Shown: positions 17,523 to 27,227, counted from the stretch's first letter. The stretch: 53,499 nt of DNA from a virus (IMGVR_UViG_3300042691_036629:1-53499), one strand, 5' to 3'. Notes: generated by a model not told the origin, from the letters alone. Made by a program: numbers and translations.

Positions 17523-18614
17523 TTATTGTTCTGGTGTAATTATTTTATCAATTTCAGCTACTTTATCTTTGTTTTCTTCTTTACTTATGAAATCAACATA
17601 ACTAGCAACTTTCTTAATATCATCTGGTTTTTTAGCTTTCAACTCACCTAATTTTTTAACTAAGTCTTCTTGTCCTTGAGCTTTAGCCTCTTCAAATTTA
17701 TAAGAGTCAACTTCTTCACCTTTTTCGTTAACAATTCTTTCTAAGGCTCCAGTTTCGTATTCTTTCATCGGATCTGGTTGACCTTTTCTTAAAATCTCGG
17801 TTAATTTAACTTTGTCTCCTTTTTTAACTTCACCAGCAATTTTTGCTAAAACTTCTTCTCCTTCATCGACTACTAATTTTTTACTACCAGATTTAACAAC
17901 TTGTATATATCCTGGATGTTTAGTTAATAAATCACCTGTTAATTTCTTAATTTCAATTTCAACATCACCCCAATCTAAAACAATGTTACCACCTTCAGAT
18001 TCTTCACCACCTTCAATTTTCTTTTCTTCTTTATATTTTTTGATTTGTTCATCAATATACTTGTCATCAGTAACTTTCTTTTTGAAGTCATCAACAATTG
18101 CTTTAATCTCAGCTACACGAGCAGCTTTCTTACCAGCTAAATCTTTAGCCGCTGCCACTTTTTTATCAAACTCCATTTTAAGTTCTGCCGCTTTTTGTTT
18201 AACCATACCTAACATTACACGACCAGCAATCATACCATCTTTGATAGCACCTTCGAGAATTAAATTAACATTAGACTCTTTAACAGCTTGAATTTCTTTA
18301 TCAATCTCAACACATTTTTCGTCAAATTCTTTATGAAATTGATCTATTATTTGATTAAGTATTCCTTCGTCTTCAGCTTTGTTTATATTGTCTGTTGTGG
18401 TTTTTAAAAGACTATCCAACATAGTAGTTAGTTTTTTCTTTAACTCTTCTCTTTTTAATCCTTTTTTGAAATCATCTTTTAGTGATTTAAAAGGAGCTGC
18501 TATACCACTTAAAAAGTTTTTAAATGCTCCTTTAGCAGCCGCTAATAAAGAACCTAAAAACTCCTCATTTATTTGACTATCTTTAAATTGTTGATAATTG
18601 TTAATTCTCTTCAT
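17523..18614 (-). CDS. K/E-rich helical protein with N-terminal tag, putative ejection protein
   Basis: MKRINNYQQFKDSQINEE followed by amphipathic FLGSLLAAAKGAFKNFLSGIAAPF. Confidence 0.75.
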   Translation of the reverse strand: MKRINNYQQFKDSQINEEFLGSLLAAAKGAFKNFLSGIAAPFKSLKDDFKKGLKREELKKKLTTMLDSLLKTTTDNINKAEDEGILNQIIDQFHKEFDEKCVEIDKEIQAVKESNVNLILEGAIKDGMIAGRVMLGMVKQKAAELKMEFDKKVAAAKDLAGKKAARVAEIKAIVDDFKKKVTDDKYIDEQIKKYKEEKKIEGGEESEGGNIVLDWGDVEIEIKKLTGDLLTKHPGYIQVVKSGSKKLVVDEGEEVLAKIAGEVKKGDKVKLTEILRKGQPDPMKEYETGALERIVNEKGEEVDSYKFEEAKAQGQEDLVKKLGELKAKKPDDIKKVASYVDFISKEENKDKVAEIDKIITPEQ

Positions 18615-18677
18615 AATAAATTTTTTGTTTTATAAACTATATATAAAATTCCACATATAAAAAATAAAATTTTTATC

Positions 18678-19142
18678 ATGAGTAATTATTTAAAAGATGT
18701 ATCAGAGTTTCATAAAACATTTGGAGCACCAATCTTAGATACACCACAAATACCATCTAAAGAAAGATGTGAGTTAAGAGTATCTTTATTACAAGAAGAA
18801 CTAAATGAATTAAAAGAAGCAATTGAGAAAGGAGATGTAGTTGAGGTTGCTGACGCACTTGCTGATATTCAGTATGTTCTTTCTGGAGCTGTTTTAGAGT
18901 TTGGGTTAGGTGAAAAATTTGATACTTTATTTGATGAAGTACAAAGAAGTAATATGAGTAAGGCTTGTACATCTCAACAAGAAGCAATTGAAACATTACT
19001 ACATTATAAACAAAAGGATGGTACTGAAGGTTTCTATAAAGAAGTTGATGGAAAATGGTTAGTTTATAGAACTGTTGATAACAAAGTTCTTAAATCTATT
19101 AACTACTCACCAGCAAACCTTTCTGATATAATTAATGGATAA
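18678..19142 (+). CDS. MazG-like NTP pyrophosphohydrolase (PRA-PH/DR2231-like)
   Basis: VSEFHKTF, LLQEELNEL, EVADALADIQYV, FDEVQRSNMSK, KVLKSINY. Confidence 0.88.
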   Translation: MSNYLKDVSEFHKTFGAPILDTPQIPSKERCELRVSLLQEELNELKEAIEKGDVVEVADALADIQYVLSGAVLEFGLGEKFDTLFDEVQRSNMSKACTSQQEAIETLLHYKQKDGTEGFYKEVDGKWLVYRTVDNKVLKSINYSPANLSDIING

Positions 19143-19497
19143 AATTAATGGATATGTTATTCAAAAACTTAGAAATAAGTTAGAAATAATTAAAGAACAC
19201 GGTCAAGAATTGGATAATATAGATGAATTGATACAAAAAATAATTTATAATGAAGACTCAACTTATGGATTTAATGGATGGGGAACTTATGAGGTTATTT
19301 GGACCACGGACTATAAAAATCCAATTGCAATAAATAAAATGAGTGATGATTGTGTTATAGAAGAAACTAATTCTGGTTATATAGTAAAAGACCATCTTAA
19401 ATTCACAAAAATGTTATTTTGGTCACAGATAATTAGATTTGATATAGAAGAATGGAGAGAAGAAAGACTCAATTTAATATTAAATGAGAAAGTTTGA
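19135..19497 (+). CDS. Hypothetical protein with C-terminal REERLNLIL tag
   Basis: 120 aa, overlapping operon arrangement. Confidence 0.7.
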   Translation: MDKINGYVIQKLRNKLEIIKEHGQELDNIDELIQKIIYNEDSTYGFNGWGTYEVIWTTDYKNPIAINKMSDDCVIEETNSGYIVKDHLKFTKMLFWSQIIRFDIEEWREERLNLILNEKV

Positions 19498-19756
19498 TTA
19501 TAAAAATCTTTTGGAGAGAGAGGCATTTGAATTAGGTGATTATTATGTTACTGGTTTAGATAGATTTAATGAGGGTGATATAGTTAAGATATATCAACAT
19601 ACTTATGTTAGATTATTAACATTTGATAAAAATGATGAACTATATGTAGTTCATCAAAATCAAATACATAAAAACTTTATAACAAAAAAACATTGGAGGG
19701 ATGAGCAAATTAATAGAATTATTGAAAAAGATGACAACAAAGAAACCGGTAATTAA
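19484..19756 (+). CDS. Hypothetical protein with C-terminal RDEQINRII tag
   Basis: 90 aa, overlapping operon arrangement. Confidence 0.7.
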   Translation: MRKFDYKNLLEREAFELGDYYVTGLDRFNEGDIVKIYQHTYVRLLTFDKNDELYVVHQNQIHKNFITKKHWRDEQINRIIEKDDNKETGN

Positions 19757-20066
19757 TAAGTCTAAAATTGAAAAAGAATTCAAGTCTTTTAAAAATAAGT
19801 TTCATGGTCAAAATAAGATATGGTTTGATGCTCTCCCGGAAAAAAAACAATTAGATCTTCTTTATGATTGGAAAGAGTATAAATGGGCTAATAAGAATAA
19901 CATAAGACGCACCAAAATTATTTCTAATGGATATTCAACAGTTAAAATCAAATCTTATCCTCCAAGTTTTAAGTATTTTATAATTGGTTGTAAGTCAACT
20001 TGGAAGTATAGAGTTAAAAAAGAAGATATGAGAGATAAAACAATTGATTTCTTACTCGGTAGATAA
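19731..20066 (+). CDS. Hypothetical basic protein with C-terminal RDKTIDFLL tag
   Basis: ORF track starts at 19701; ATG 19731 (MTTKKPV) gives a smaller overlap. Confidence 0.65.
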   Translation: MTTKKPVINKSKIEKEFKSFKNKFHGQNKIWFDALPEKKQLDLLYDWKEYKWANKNNIRRTKIISNGYSTVKIKSYPPSFKYFIIGCKSTWKYRVKKEDMRDKTIDFLLGR

Positions 20067-20132
20067 TTCAAAATTTATAAAATATTATTATTACATGTAG
20101 TAGGAGGTTATGATATAAATAATATATAATTG

Positions 20133-21200
20133 ATGATATGTAAATTATGTAACAACTCTTTCGGTAGACAAGGAGGATCTTTTAACAAACATTTATTAAA
20201 AGATCATAATATTGATAATTATAAAGATTATATCTTATTGGTTGATTATAACAACATACACCCATTATGTGATTGTGGTTGTAATGAAGAAACAACATAC
20301 TTTAATAATGAGTTTAAAAAGTTCAAACATGGACATAATAATTTTGTTAAAAGTATAGAAATTGAAAAAAATAGACCAATAGATGAAATTATTGGTTTGT
20401 ACAATAGTGGTAAAACTGGTCAAGAAATATCGAATTTGTTAAATATAGAAAAGTCTTATATATTTAAAATCATTAAAAAGTATTCAAATACTAGGGATAA
20501 TAGTAAGTGTAAATTAAAATATAAAATAGACGATAGTGTTTTTGAAAAAATCGATAGTGAAGAAAGTGCATATTGGTTAGGATTTTTATATGCTGATGGA
20601 TATTTAAATAAAGATAAAAATTCAATAACACTTTCTTTATCGGATAAAGATATAAATATTTTAGAGAAATTTAAGATTTTTTTGAAAAGTGATAAAAATA
20701 TTAGAAGAAATAAAAATAAGTCAAGTAAATTTGTAATAGAAAATAAAAAGATAACTAATGACTTGATAGATAAAGGTTTATTTCAAGCAAAAACGCATAT
20801 TATAAAATTTCCAAATTTAGAAGACCATTTAAAAAGACATTTCATAAGAGGATATTTTGATGGAGATGGTTGTATAACATATGGTAAAGAAATTAATAAA
20901 AATGCAATAGTTAGCATTGTTTCAAACATAAACTTTTTAAATGAAATTGACAATAATATAGATGTTAAATTTTATTATACAAAGAGACATAAGTATAAAG
21001 ATGATAAAATATTAACAATTTCATCTGGTGGTATATGTAATATAATGAAAATATATAGTTATTTATATAAAGAATCAAGTATTTATATGGATAGAAAAAA
21101 AAATAAATTTGATAAATGGTTTGAATACTACTTCGATAATACCAATCTTAGTAATAAAACCTTAAAAATAAAAAATAGTTTAGGATTATGGGGAAAATAA
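20133..21200 (+). CDS. Freestanding double-motif LAGLIDADG homing endonuclease
   Basis: AYWLGFLYADGYL and HFIRGYFDGDGCI motifs; N-terminal C2H2 and CDCGC segments; AATATATA 4 bp before ATG 20133. Confidence 0.88.
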   Translation: MICKLCNNSFGRQGGSFNKHLLKDHNIDNYKDYILLVDYNNIHPLCDCGCNEETTYFNNEFKKFKHGHNNFVKSIEIEKNRPIDEIIGLYNSGKTGQEISNLLNIEKSYIFKIIKKYSNTRDNSKCKLKYKIDDSVFEKIDSEESAYWLGFLYADGYLNKDKNSITLSLSDKDINILEKFKIFLKSDKNIRRNKNKSSKFVIENKKITNDLIDKGLFQAKTHIIKFPNLEDHLKRHFIRGYFDGDGCITYGKEINKNAIVSIVSNINFLNEIDNNIDVKFYYTKRHKYKDDKILTISSGGICNIMKIYSYLYKESSIYMDRKKNKFDKWFEYYFDNTNLSNKTLKIKNSLGLWGK

Positions 21201-21553
21201 TTTTATGTGATATTGACGGAACTATATGCTTTCCGGATATTAAAAATGAAGATTCACATCTTTATCCAACCGCTGAGGTTATAAAAGGTTCTAGAGAACA
21301 GTTAAACAAATGGTATGATGAAGGTCATCACATTACATTTTTTACTGCTAGAGAAGTTAAAGATAGAGATGTTACCATAAAATGGTTAGATGATAATGGT
21401 TTTAAATACCACGGTTTGATAACTGATAAACCAAGATGTATAAATCAAGATGATGAATACTTCTGGATTGATAATAGAAAGGTAAGAGGAATTACTTATG
21501 TCGGAAATTGGGGACCTCTTGTAGAAACAGTTGCGACAATAAAAACAATGTAA
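21188..21553 (+). CDS. HAD-superfamily phosphatase (small, capless type)
   Basis: ILCDIDGTI motif I, FFTAR motif II, KP...WIDNR. Confidence 0.85.
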   Translation: MGKIILCDIDGTICFPDIKNEDSHLYPTAEVIKGSREQLNKWYDEGHHITFFTAREVKDRDVTIKWLDDNGFKYHGLITDKPRCINQDDEYFWIDNRKVRGITYVGNWGPLVETVATIKTM

Positions 21554-21557
21554 AATA

Positions 21558-23276
21558 ATGAAAGAATTAGTAGTCATATTATCACACGCTGACACAACAG
21601 ATAAAGTTGATGTTCTTAAAGAATGCTTAGTCGAAATAAAAAAACAAAACTATCCGGTTTTGATTTCATCTCATATTGAAATTCCAAATGAAGTTAAAAA
21701 TGAGATTGATTATTTTGTTTATGATAAAGAAAATCCGTTAATCTATCATTGGGAATATCCTAACTTATCACATGTTTATATATGGCAGACTTATCCTGGT
21801 TATAGTCAAACTTATGCTGTTGAATATAATCACTCGTATGCTGTATTAAGATTGATAAAAAATGCTTTAGGTGTGGCATTGGTTAATGGATATGAAAAGG
21901 TTCATTTTGTTAATTATGATTATGTTTTATATGATTCTTATATTTTACAAAATCATTCAAATAAATTAAACGACTATGATCTATTTTCATATTACTATGA
22001 TAAGTTTGAACAAAATAGAGAACATATAAATACCGGTTTATTTTCAGCCAGAACTGAGCCTTTGTTTAACATTTTTAAGAATGTGAATTCGAAAGAGGAT
22101 TTTTTAAGATCTAACCAAGGTGTGTTTGAAAAGTATATGTATTATGAAACTATTAATAATGGTTTAACTATGGATAGAGAAGATCAAGAAATTTTATTAG
22201 CAACTCATAATCACATGAATAGTAAGTCAACATTGAAAAATGTTATTGATGATAAAATTCATGTTTATTTAACAAAAGAGAATAATACTGATAACTATTA
22301 TCTTTACATTAATTCAACTAAAGGTGATGTAATCAATGCCGAACTCACATTTAATGGTGAATTAAGAAATTGGAAACCTATTCCATACAAAGTTAATCTT
22401 CTTAGGCTAGCAAATGATAAACTATCATCTGGTATTAAGTTATATATTCCAGAATATGATTTCACTGATTATTATAACTTAGAATCACACCCAGCTAAGT
22501 GTGATATATCAGATCCATCATTAATACAAGAATTTGAAGATTGTGAATCAATTAATAGAAATGAAGATTTGAATGAAAAAAGTGTTTTATTAAATACAAC
22601 AGAATTAGAAATAAAATCATTTAAAGAGTTAAGTGAATTATATGGAACAGATAAAGTAACATATCATGGATATCATTTCTTTTATCCTAAATTTTTAGAA
22701 TCATTAAGAAATGATGAATTTAATATGTTGGAAATTGGATGGGGTTCTGGTTCGTCTGTTAAGGTTTGGAATGATTATTTCCCAAAATCTAATATATTTG
22801 TTATGGATATAGACATTGAGTACGTAGATGGTCGTCAAAAAGTTATAAAAGGTGATCAATCAAAACAAGAAGACTTAATTAGAATAAAAGAAGAAATAAA
22901 ATCTGCTAAATTCATAATAGATGATGGTAGTCATAATCCAATACATCAATTTAATACATTTACATATCTATTTAAAAATTTATTAGAACCGGGTGGAATT
23001 TATATAATTGAAGATATTGAACTTAGCTATTGGAACCCCGAATCATCATTATATGGTTATGAATCTGGATATTTTAATCTAGTTAATGGTTTTAAAAGTT
23101 TTCAAGAGATGATTAACTCTGAGTTTACAGGAGTTTCAAACTTTTTAGACATCTCTACCATAAATTATGGTCAAAACTGTATTATAATAACTAAAAGAAC
23201 AGATGAGGAAAAATCTTACTTTGAAAGATCTTATAGATTTTCAAATTGTATATCTAATATAAATCACCATGGATAA
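21558..23276 (+). CDS. Glycosyltransferase-like domain fused to a class I SAM O-methyltransferase (MycE/TylE-like)
   Basis: N-terminal VVILSH..LISSH..VHFVNYD (GT-like, weaker); C-terminal YGTDK..HGY, MLEIGWG, MDID, KGDQS, IIDDGSH, PGGIYIIEDI. Confidence 0.75.
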   Translation: MKELVVILSHADTTDKVDVLKECLVEIKKQNYPVLISSHIEIPNEVKNEIDYFVYDKENPLIYHWEYPNLSHVYIWQTYPGYSQTYAVEYNHSYAVLRLIKNALGVALVNGYEKVHFVNYDYVLYDSYILQNHSNKLNDYDLFSYYYDKFEQNREHINTGLFSARTEPLFNIFKNVNSKEDFLRSNQGVFEKYMYYETINNGLTMDREDQEILLATHNHMNSKSTLKNVIDDKIHVYLTKENNTDNYYLYINSTKGDVINAELTFNGELRNWKPIPYKVNLLRLANDKLSSGIKLYIPEYDFTDYYNLESHPAKCDISDPSLIQEFEDCESINRNEDLNEKSVLLNTTELEIKSFKELSELYGTDKVTYHGYHFFYPKFLESLRNDEFNMLEIGWGSGSSVKVWNDYFPKSNIFVMDIDIEYVDGRQKVIKGDQSKQEDLIRIKEEIKSAKFIIDDGSHNPIHQFNTFTYLFKNLLEPGGIYIIEDIELSYWNPESSLYGYESGYFNLVNGFKSFQEMINSEFTGVSNFLDISTINYGQNCIIITKRTDEEKSYFERSYRFSNCISNINHHG

Positions 23277-24153
23277 ATTATACAAAATACTAGACGGTAG
23301 AAAAGTATCTGATATAATGTTATCAGATGTAAAAGAAAAAATAAATTGTTTGTGTGAAAACAACGCAATCTCAAGACCGAGTATAGCAATTGTTATTGTT
23401 GGTAATAATCCAGCTTCTGAAACTTACGTTAAGGCTAAAATGAAAGCTTGTGAAAAAGCTGGAATAACCTCTAAACTAATAAGATTTGATGATACAATAA
23501 CAAACTTTGATCTTTATAATGAGATTATTAGACTTAATAAATCGAGTTTAGATGGTTTTATTGTACAACTACCACTACCAGATCATATAGATAAAGATGC
23601 TATTATACACGCTATTTCTCCTGATAAAGATATAGATGGTTTTCATCCACTTAACTTTGGTAAAATGGCTATTGGTCAACCATCTATGAGACCAGCAACA
23701 CCATATGGAATACTTAAATTAATTCAATACTACAATATTGAAACTAAAGGTAAACACGTTGTTGTCATAGGTCGTTCTAACTTAGTTGGTAAACCAATTT
23801 CAATTATGTTAGGTAATGACTTTGGTATAGGACGATCTACCGTTACATCTTGTGATATAAACACACCAAAAGAATTATTAAAAACACAAACAAGAATGGC
23901 TGATATAATTATTGTTGCTGTTGGTAAACCAAATCTACTTACAGCTGATATGGTTAAAGAAGGATCGGTTATTATTGATGTTGGTATCAATAGAACAGAA
24001 GATGGTAAACTAGTCGGAGATGTTGACTTTGAAAATGTTAGTAAAGTTGCCGGTTATATATCACCGGTTCCTGGTGGGGTTGGTCCAATGACCGTAGCCG
24101 GTCTTATTTTAAATACATTTGAATCTTGGAAGAAAAGAAACCTGATAAATTAG
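23269..24153 (+). CDS. folD: Bifunctional methylenetetrahydrofolate dehydrogenase/cyclohydrolase
   Basis: ASETYVKAK, IVQLPLP, KDIDGFHP, PATPYGI, VVIGRSNLVGKP, IDVGINR, SPVPGGVGPMT. Confidence 0.96.
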   Translation: MDKLYKILDGRKVSDIMLSDVKEKINCLCENNAISRPSIAIVIVGNNPASETYVKAKMKACEKAGITSKLIRFDDTITNFDLYNEIIRLNKSSLDGFIVQLPLPDHIDKDAIIHAISPDKDIDGFHPLNFGKMAIGQPSMRPATPYGILKLIQYYNIETKGKHVVVIGRSNLVGKPISIMLGNDFGIGRSTVTSCDINTPKELLKTQTRMADIIIVAVGKPNLLTADMVKEGSVIIDVGINRTEDGKLVGDVDFENVSKVAGYISPVPGGVGPMTVAGLILNTFESWKKRNLIN

Positions 24154-24217
24154 TATGAACAATCACTTAACTAAAGAGGAATTGGAAAGATATAGAGAAA
24201 TACTTAAATAAATTAAA

Positions 24218-25198
24218 ATGAATATAAACGATTATATTAAAGACTTATCAATTAAAGATAAGAAAACATTATCACAGAAAACATTAAAACTTGTAGAAGA
24301 AGTTGGTGAATTAGCAAGAGTTATTTTACCATACGATTCCGCTCATGGAACTAATCACAGATTCACTGATAGAGATGCTATCTTAGAAGAGTTGGTTGAT
24401 GTTTACTTAACAAACATATCTATCTCACACTCACTAGGTTTTACGGATGAAGAGTTTAATGATATGTTGATTAAGAAAAGTGAGAAATGGGGCTCTCTTC
24501 AAGCGAAAGAAGAACAAGCGACCTTCCCTCTGCCATTTGAGATACACGTTACTATTGGTATTGATGAATCTGATAACCTTGATAAAGTAATTGAGATAGA
24601 AAACTTCAAAAGTAATTGTAAAGAAATAGGTGTCAAACCAATTGTAATAGATTTAGAAATAAACGATGGTTCTATACTTAAAGATGTTATGACTAGTTCT
24701 AAACACTTTGGTGATAATAGAACGGCTTATGAAGAATCTGAAAGAATTTGTCAAGAATTAAGAAATAAAGGATATAAAGTTGTAAGAAACAAGATCGAAA
24801 CTGTGCCTTGGCATCCAGCAGCTCCAGTAATTTCAACAGGGAAAGAAATTGAAAATGGTTGTTACTTTGAAGCTCATATCGGAGTTATTATAAATAATGA
24901 TGAGAAGAGATCTCTTAACCATTTTGTAAATGATTTTCTTATGAATGATGAGAATGTTGAATTGAGTGGAACTGCTAAACTATCACAAAACTTTTTCAAG
25001 AAATGTGATAATGGCAAGTTCGTGAATATGTTAACATACAGAAGTAACAATTGTGGTAAAATAAAATTCTTAACCGAAATTGAAACAATAAAATATTTAC
25101 TTGATGAGTATTGTTATGAATATGAAAAAGTAGAAACAGAGTATGCAGTTTATGATACAAATGTTACTCACGATTCAAAATGGATATCAGGCAAATAA
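24218..25198 (+). CDS. MazG-like domain fused to an unknown two-His-motif domain
   Basis: KLVEEVGELA...EELVDVY MazG motif in the first ~100 aa; then FEIHVT ... KIETVPWHP ... YFEAHI. Confidence 0.75.
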   Translation: MNINDYIKDLSIKDKKTLSQKTLKLVEEVGELARVILPYDSAHGTNHRFTDRDAILEELVDVYLTNISISHSLGFTDEEFNDMLIKKSEKWGSLQAKEEQATFPLPFEIHVTIGIDESDNLDKVIEIENFKSNCKEIGVKPIVIDLEINDGSILKDVMTSSKHFGDNRTAYEESERICQELRNKGYKVVRNKIETVPWHPAAPVISTGKEIENGCYFEAHIGVIINNDEKRSLNHFVNDFLMNDENVELSGTAKLSQNFFKKCDNGKFVNMLTYRSNNCGKIKFLTEIETIKYLLDEYCYEYEKVETEYAVYDTNVTHDSKWISGK

Positions 25199-25244
25199 AA
25201 CTTTATATTTATTTTAAATATAAAATAAAAAATAATATTATTTA

Positions 25245-26423
25245 ATGGGAAAATTAGCATTAAACTTCATCTGTAAAGATGAATCACACGTAATCGAAAC
25301 AATGCTTGAAAGTGCCAAAACAATAGTTGATTTAATTGTAGTTAATGATACAGGTTCAACTGATGGTACTCAACAAATTATAAAAAACTTTGGTGAAAAA
25401 TACGGAATTCCAACATACGTCTTTGAAAGACCATTTGATGACTTTGAGAAGAGTAGAACTTTTGCTATGGAAAAACTTAGAGAGGTTGTTAATGAGTTAG
25501 GGTGGGATCCTACAAAAGTACACGGATTTTGGTTTGACTGTGATGAAACATTAGTTATTGATTCTAAATTTGATAAAAATCAATTTAAACATGACCTTTA
25601 TATGATAAACACATATATTGGTAATATGAAATACACAAGAAATACTTTCTTTAGAGTTTCTTTACCATTTAGATGGTATGGTCCAGTTCACGAGTTCATC
25701 GTGTGTGACCAACAAAATATCACATCTGGTTTAGCTGAAAATATCCATGTTGATGTTAAAATGACGGGTTCTTCTTGGCAAGGTGATATTTCACAAAAAT
25801 ATTTAAGTCATGCTCATAAACTTGAAGCTTATATTTCAGCAAATCGTCAAGATCCGAGATGGATTTTCTATACAGCTCAGTCTTATCACGATTCAGCTTC
25901 AATGAAAGATAATAGAGAAGAGAATGATGAGAGATTGAGAAGAGCTTTAAAATATTATAAAGAGAGAACTCAAAGAAATGATGGTTATGCTGAGGAAATT
26001 TATTACTCTCAATATAGAGTTGGTGCTATTATGCGAATTCTAGAAGAACCTTGGGCTTTAACACATCAAGAACTTTTAAAAGCTTATGCTATGGATCCAC
26101 TAAGAGGTGAATCAATTAAAGTTATTATTGATTATTACTTACAGATGGGTGATTGGCATATGGGTTATCTTTATACTAAGTTTGCTAAAACAACATTCCA
26201 TGGTAAAAATCCTTATCCAACAAGATTATTATTTGTTGATGAGGCAACCTATAATTGGAAATTTTTAGAAGCACATGCAGCAGCTTGTTTCTATACTAAT
26301 AGATTAGATGAGGCGAAGTCTTGTTATCAAGAAATAGTAAAACTAACAAAAAGTCATCCTCAATATTTTACAGCAGAAGATCTTCAGAAAATTCAAATGA
26401 ATGGACAATTCTTCAATAAATAA
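25245..26423 (+). CDS. GT2-family glycosyltransferase with C-terminal TPR-like helices
   Basis: LNFICKDE, VNDTGSTDGT, WFDCDE (DxD), WYGPVHE; helical aromatic repeats at the C-terminus. Confidence 0.85.
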   Translation: MGKLALNFICKDESHVIETMLESAKTIVDLIVVNDTGSTDGTQQIIKNFGEKYGIPTYVFERPFDDFEKSRTFAMEKLREVVNELGWDPTKVHGFWFDCDETLVIDSKFDKNQFKHDLYMINTYIGNMKYTRNTFFRVSLPFRWYGPVHEFIVCDQQNITSGLAENIHVDVKMTGSSWQGDISQKYLSHAHKLEAYISANRQDPRWIFYTAQSYHDSASMKDNREENDERLRRALKYYKERTQRNDGYAEEIYYSQYRVGAIMRILEEPWALTHQELLKAYAMDPLRGESIKVIIDYYLQMGDWHMGYLYTKFAKTTFHGKNPYPTRLLFVDEATYNWKFLEAHAAACFYTNRLDEAKSCYQEIVKLTKSHPQYFTAEDLQKIQMNGQFFNK

Positions 26424-26452
26424 AAAAAACCAGTCAATGACTGGTTTTTTTT
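26422..26452. terminator. Bidirectional intrinsic terminator
   Basis: aaaaaaaaccagtc-aat-gactggtttttttt. Confidence 0.85.
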
Positions 26453-27152
26453 ATTTATAATCTAATTTATTTTTTTTTATATTTCTATTTATATACCCAC
26501 ATAAAGGTTGTAAATTTGTATAGTGATTTAGCTTTATAATCTGTTCTTCGTTTTCACCACTAGATATTGGTGTAATATGATCTATATCCCAACCGTAATT
26601 TAATTCACCATTATATAAACCATAATTATCCCAAGTCATCCAATTTTCGAATTTGGATTCTATATAAAGTCTAAACTCACTTATCGAGCATCCTAAAATT
26701 TCATTCGTCTTTGAAGTTTTTTTATATCCTTTGTATTTAATTGAATTTTTTATTAAACATTTTATATTACATTGAAATTTGTAGATATTATCATTTTTAA
26801 TTCTATTAAGATGATAATTAGATGAATATTTTATTAATTTTTCTCTATTTGTATTATAATAGTTCTTTTTATATTCTTTATATTTATCTTTATTACTATC
26901 TCTATATTCTTTACTTCTTTTTAGAACATCTTCTCTATTATCAACATAATACTTTCTTTTTCGATTCTTCTCATTTATTATATCATCTTCTGTATATACT
27001 CTATTTTTATATAAATCACTTTCTCTCCACTTTTTTGTAGATTTATTTCTACACTCTTTACAAACACCATGGTATCCGTCTTTTGAATCTTTTCTTTTTC
27101 CAAAATCCGTTATCAATTTATTTGATTTACATCTGCTACAAAACTTTTCCAT
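26451..27152 (-). CDS. Freestanding HNH endonuclease (copy 2)
   Basis: CSRC..SKDG..CKEC; WDNYG..GWDIDHITP..LNHYTNLQPLCGYIN; AATATATA 4 bp upstream. Confidence 0.85.
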   Translation of the reverse strand: MEKFCSRCKSNKLITDFGKRKDSKDGYHGVCKECRNKSTKKWRESDLYKNRVYTEDDIINEKNRKRKYYVDNREDVLKRSKEYRDSNKDKYKEYKKNYYNTNREKLIKYSSNYHLNRIKNDNIYKFQCNIKCLIKNSIKYKGYKKTSKTNEILGCSISEFRLYIESKFENWMTWDNYGLYNGELNYGWDIDHITPISSGENEEQIIKLNHYTNLQPLCGYINRNIKKNKLDYK

Positions 27153-27227
27153 GTTATATATATTATTTAATAAAAATGGAAATTTGACGGAAGCTCAACT
27201 TATTTATAATTATTTCATATAATTGAT

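Noticed and set aside
17812-18576. Plus-strand ORFs 17812-18291 and 18379-18576
   Set aside because: Antisense shadows of the K/E-rich 17523-18614 gene.
20067-21200. Group I intron around the LAGLIDADG gene
   Set aside because: Flanking genes are complete, only ~65 bp of A/T-rich sequence lies upstream and the ORF overlaps the next gene, leaving no room for a ribozyme core.
24156-24212. 18-aa ORF MNNHLTKEELERYREILK between folD and the MazG fusion
   Set aside because: Too short to support without expression or conservation data.
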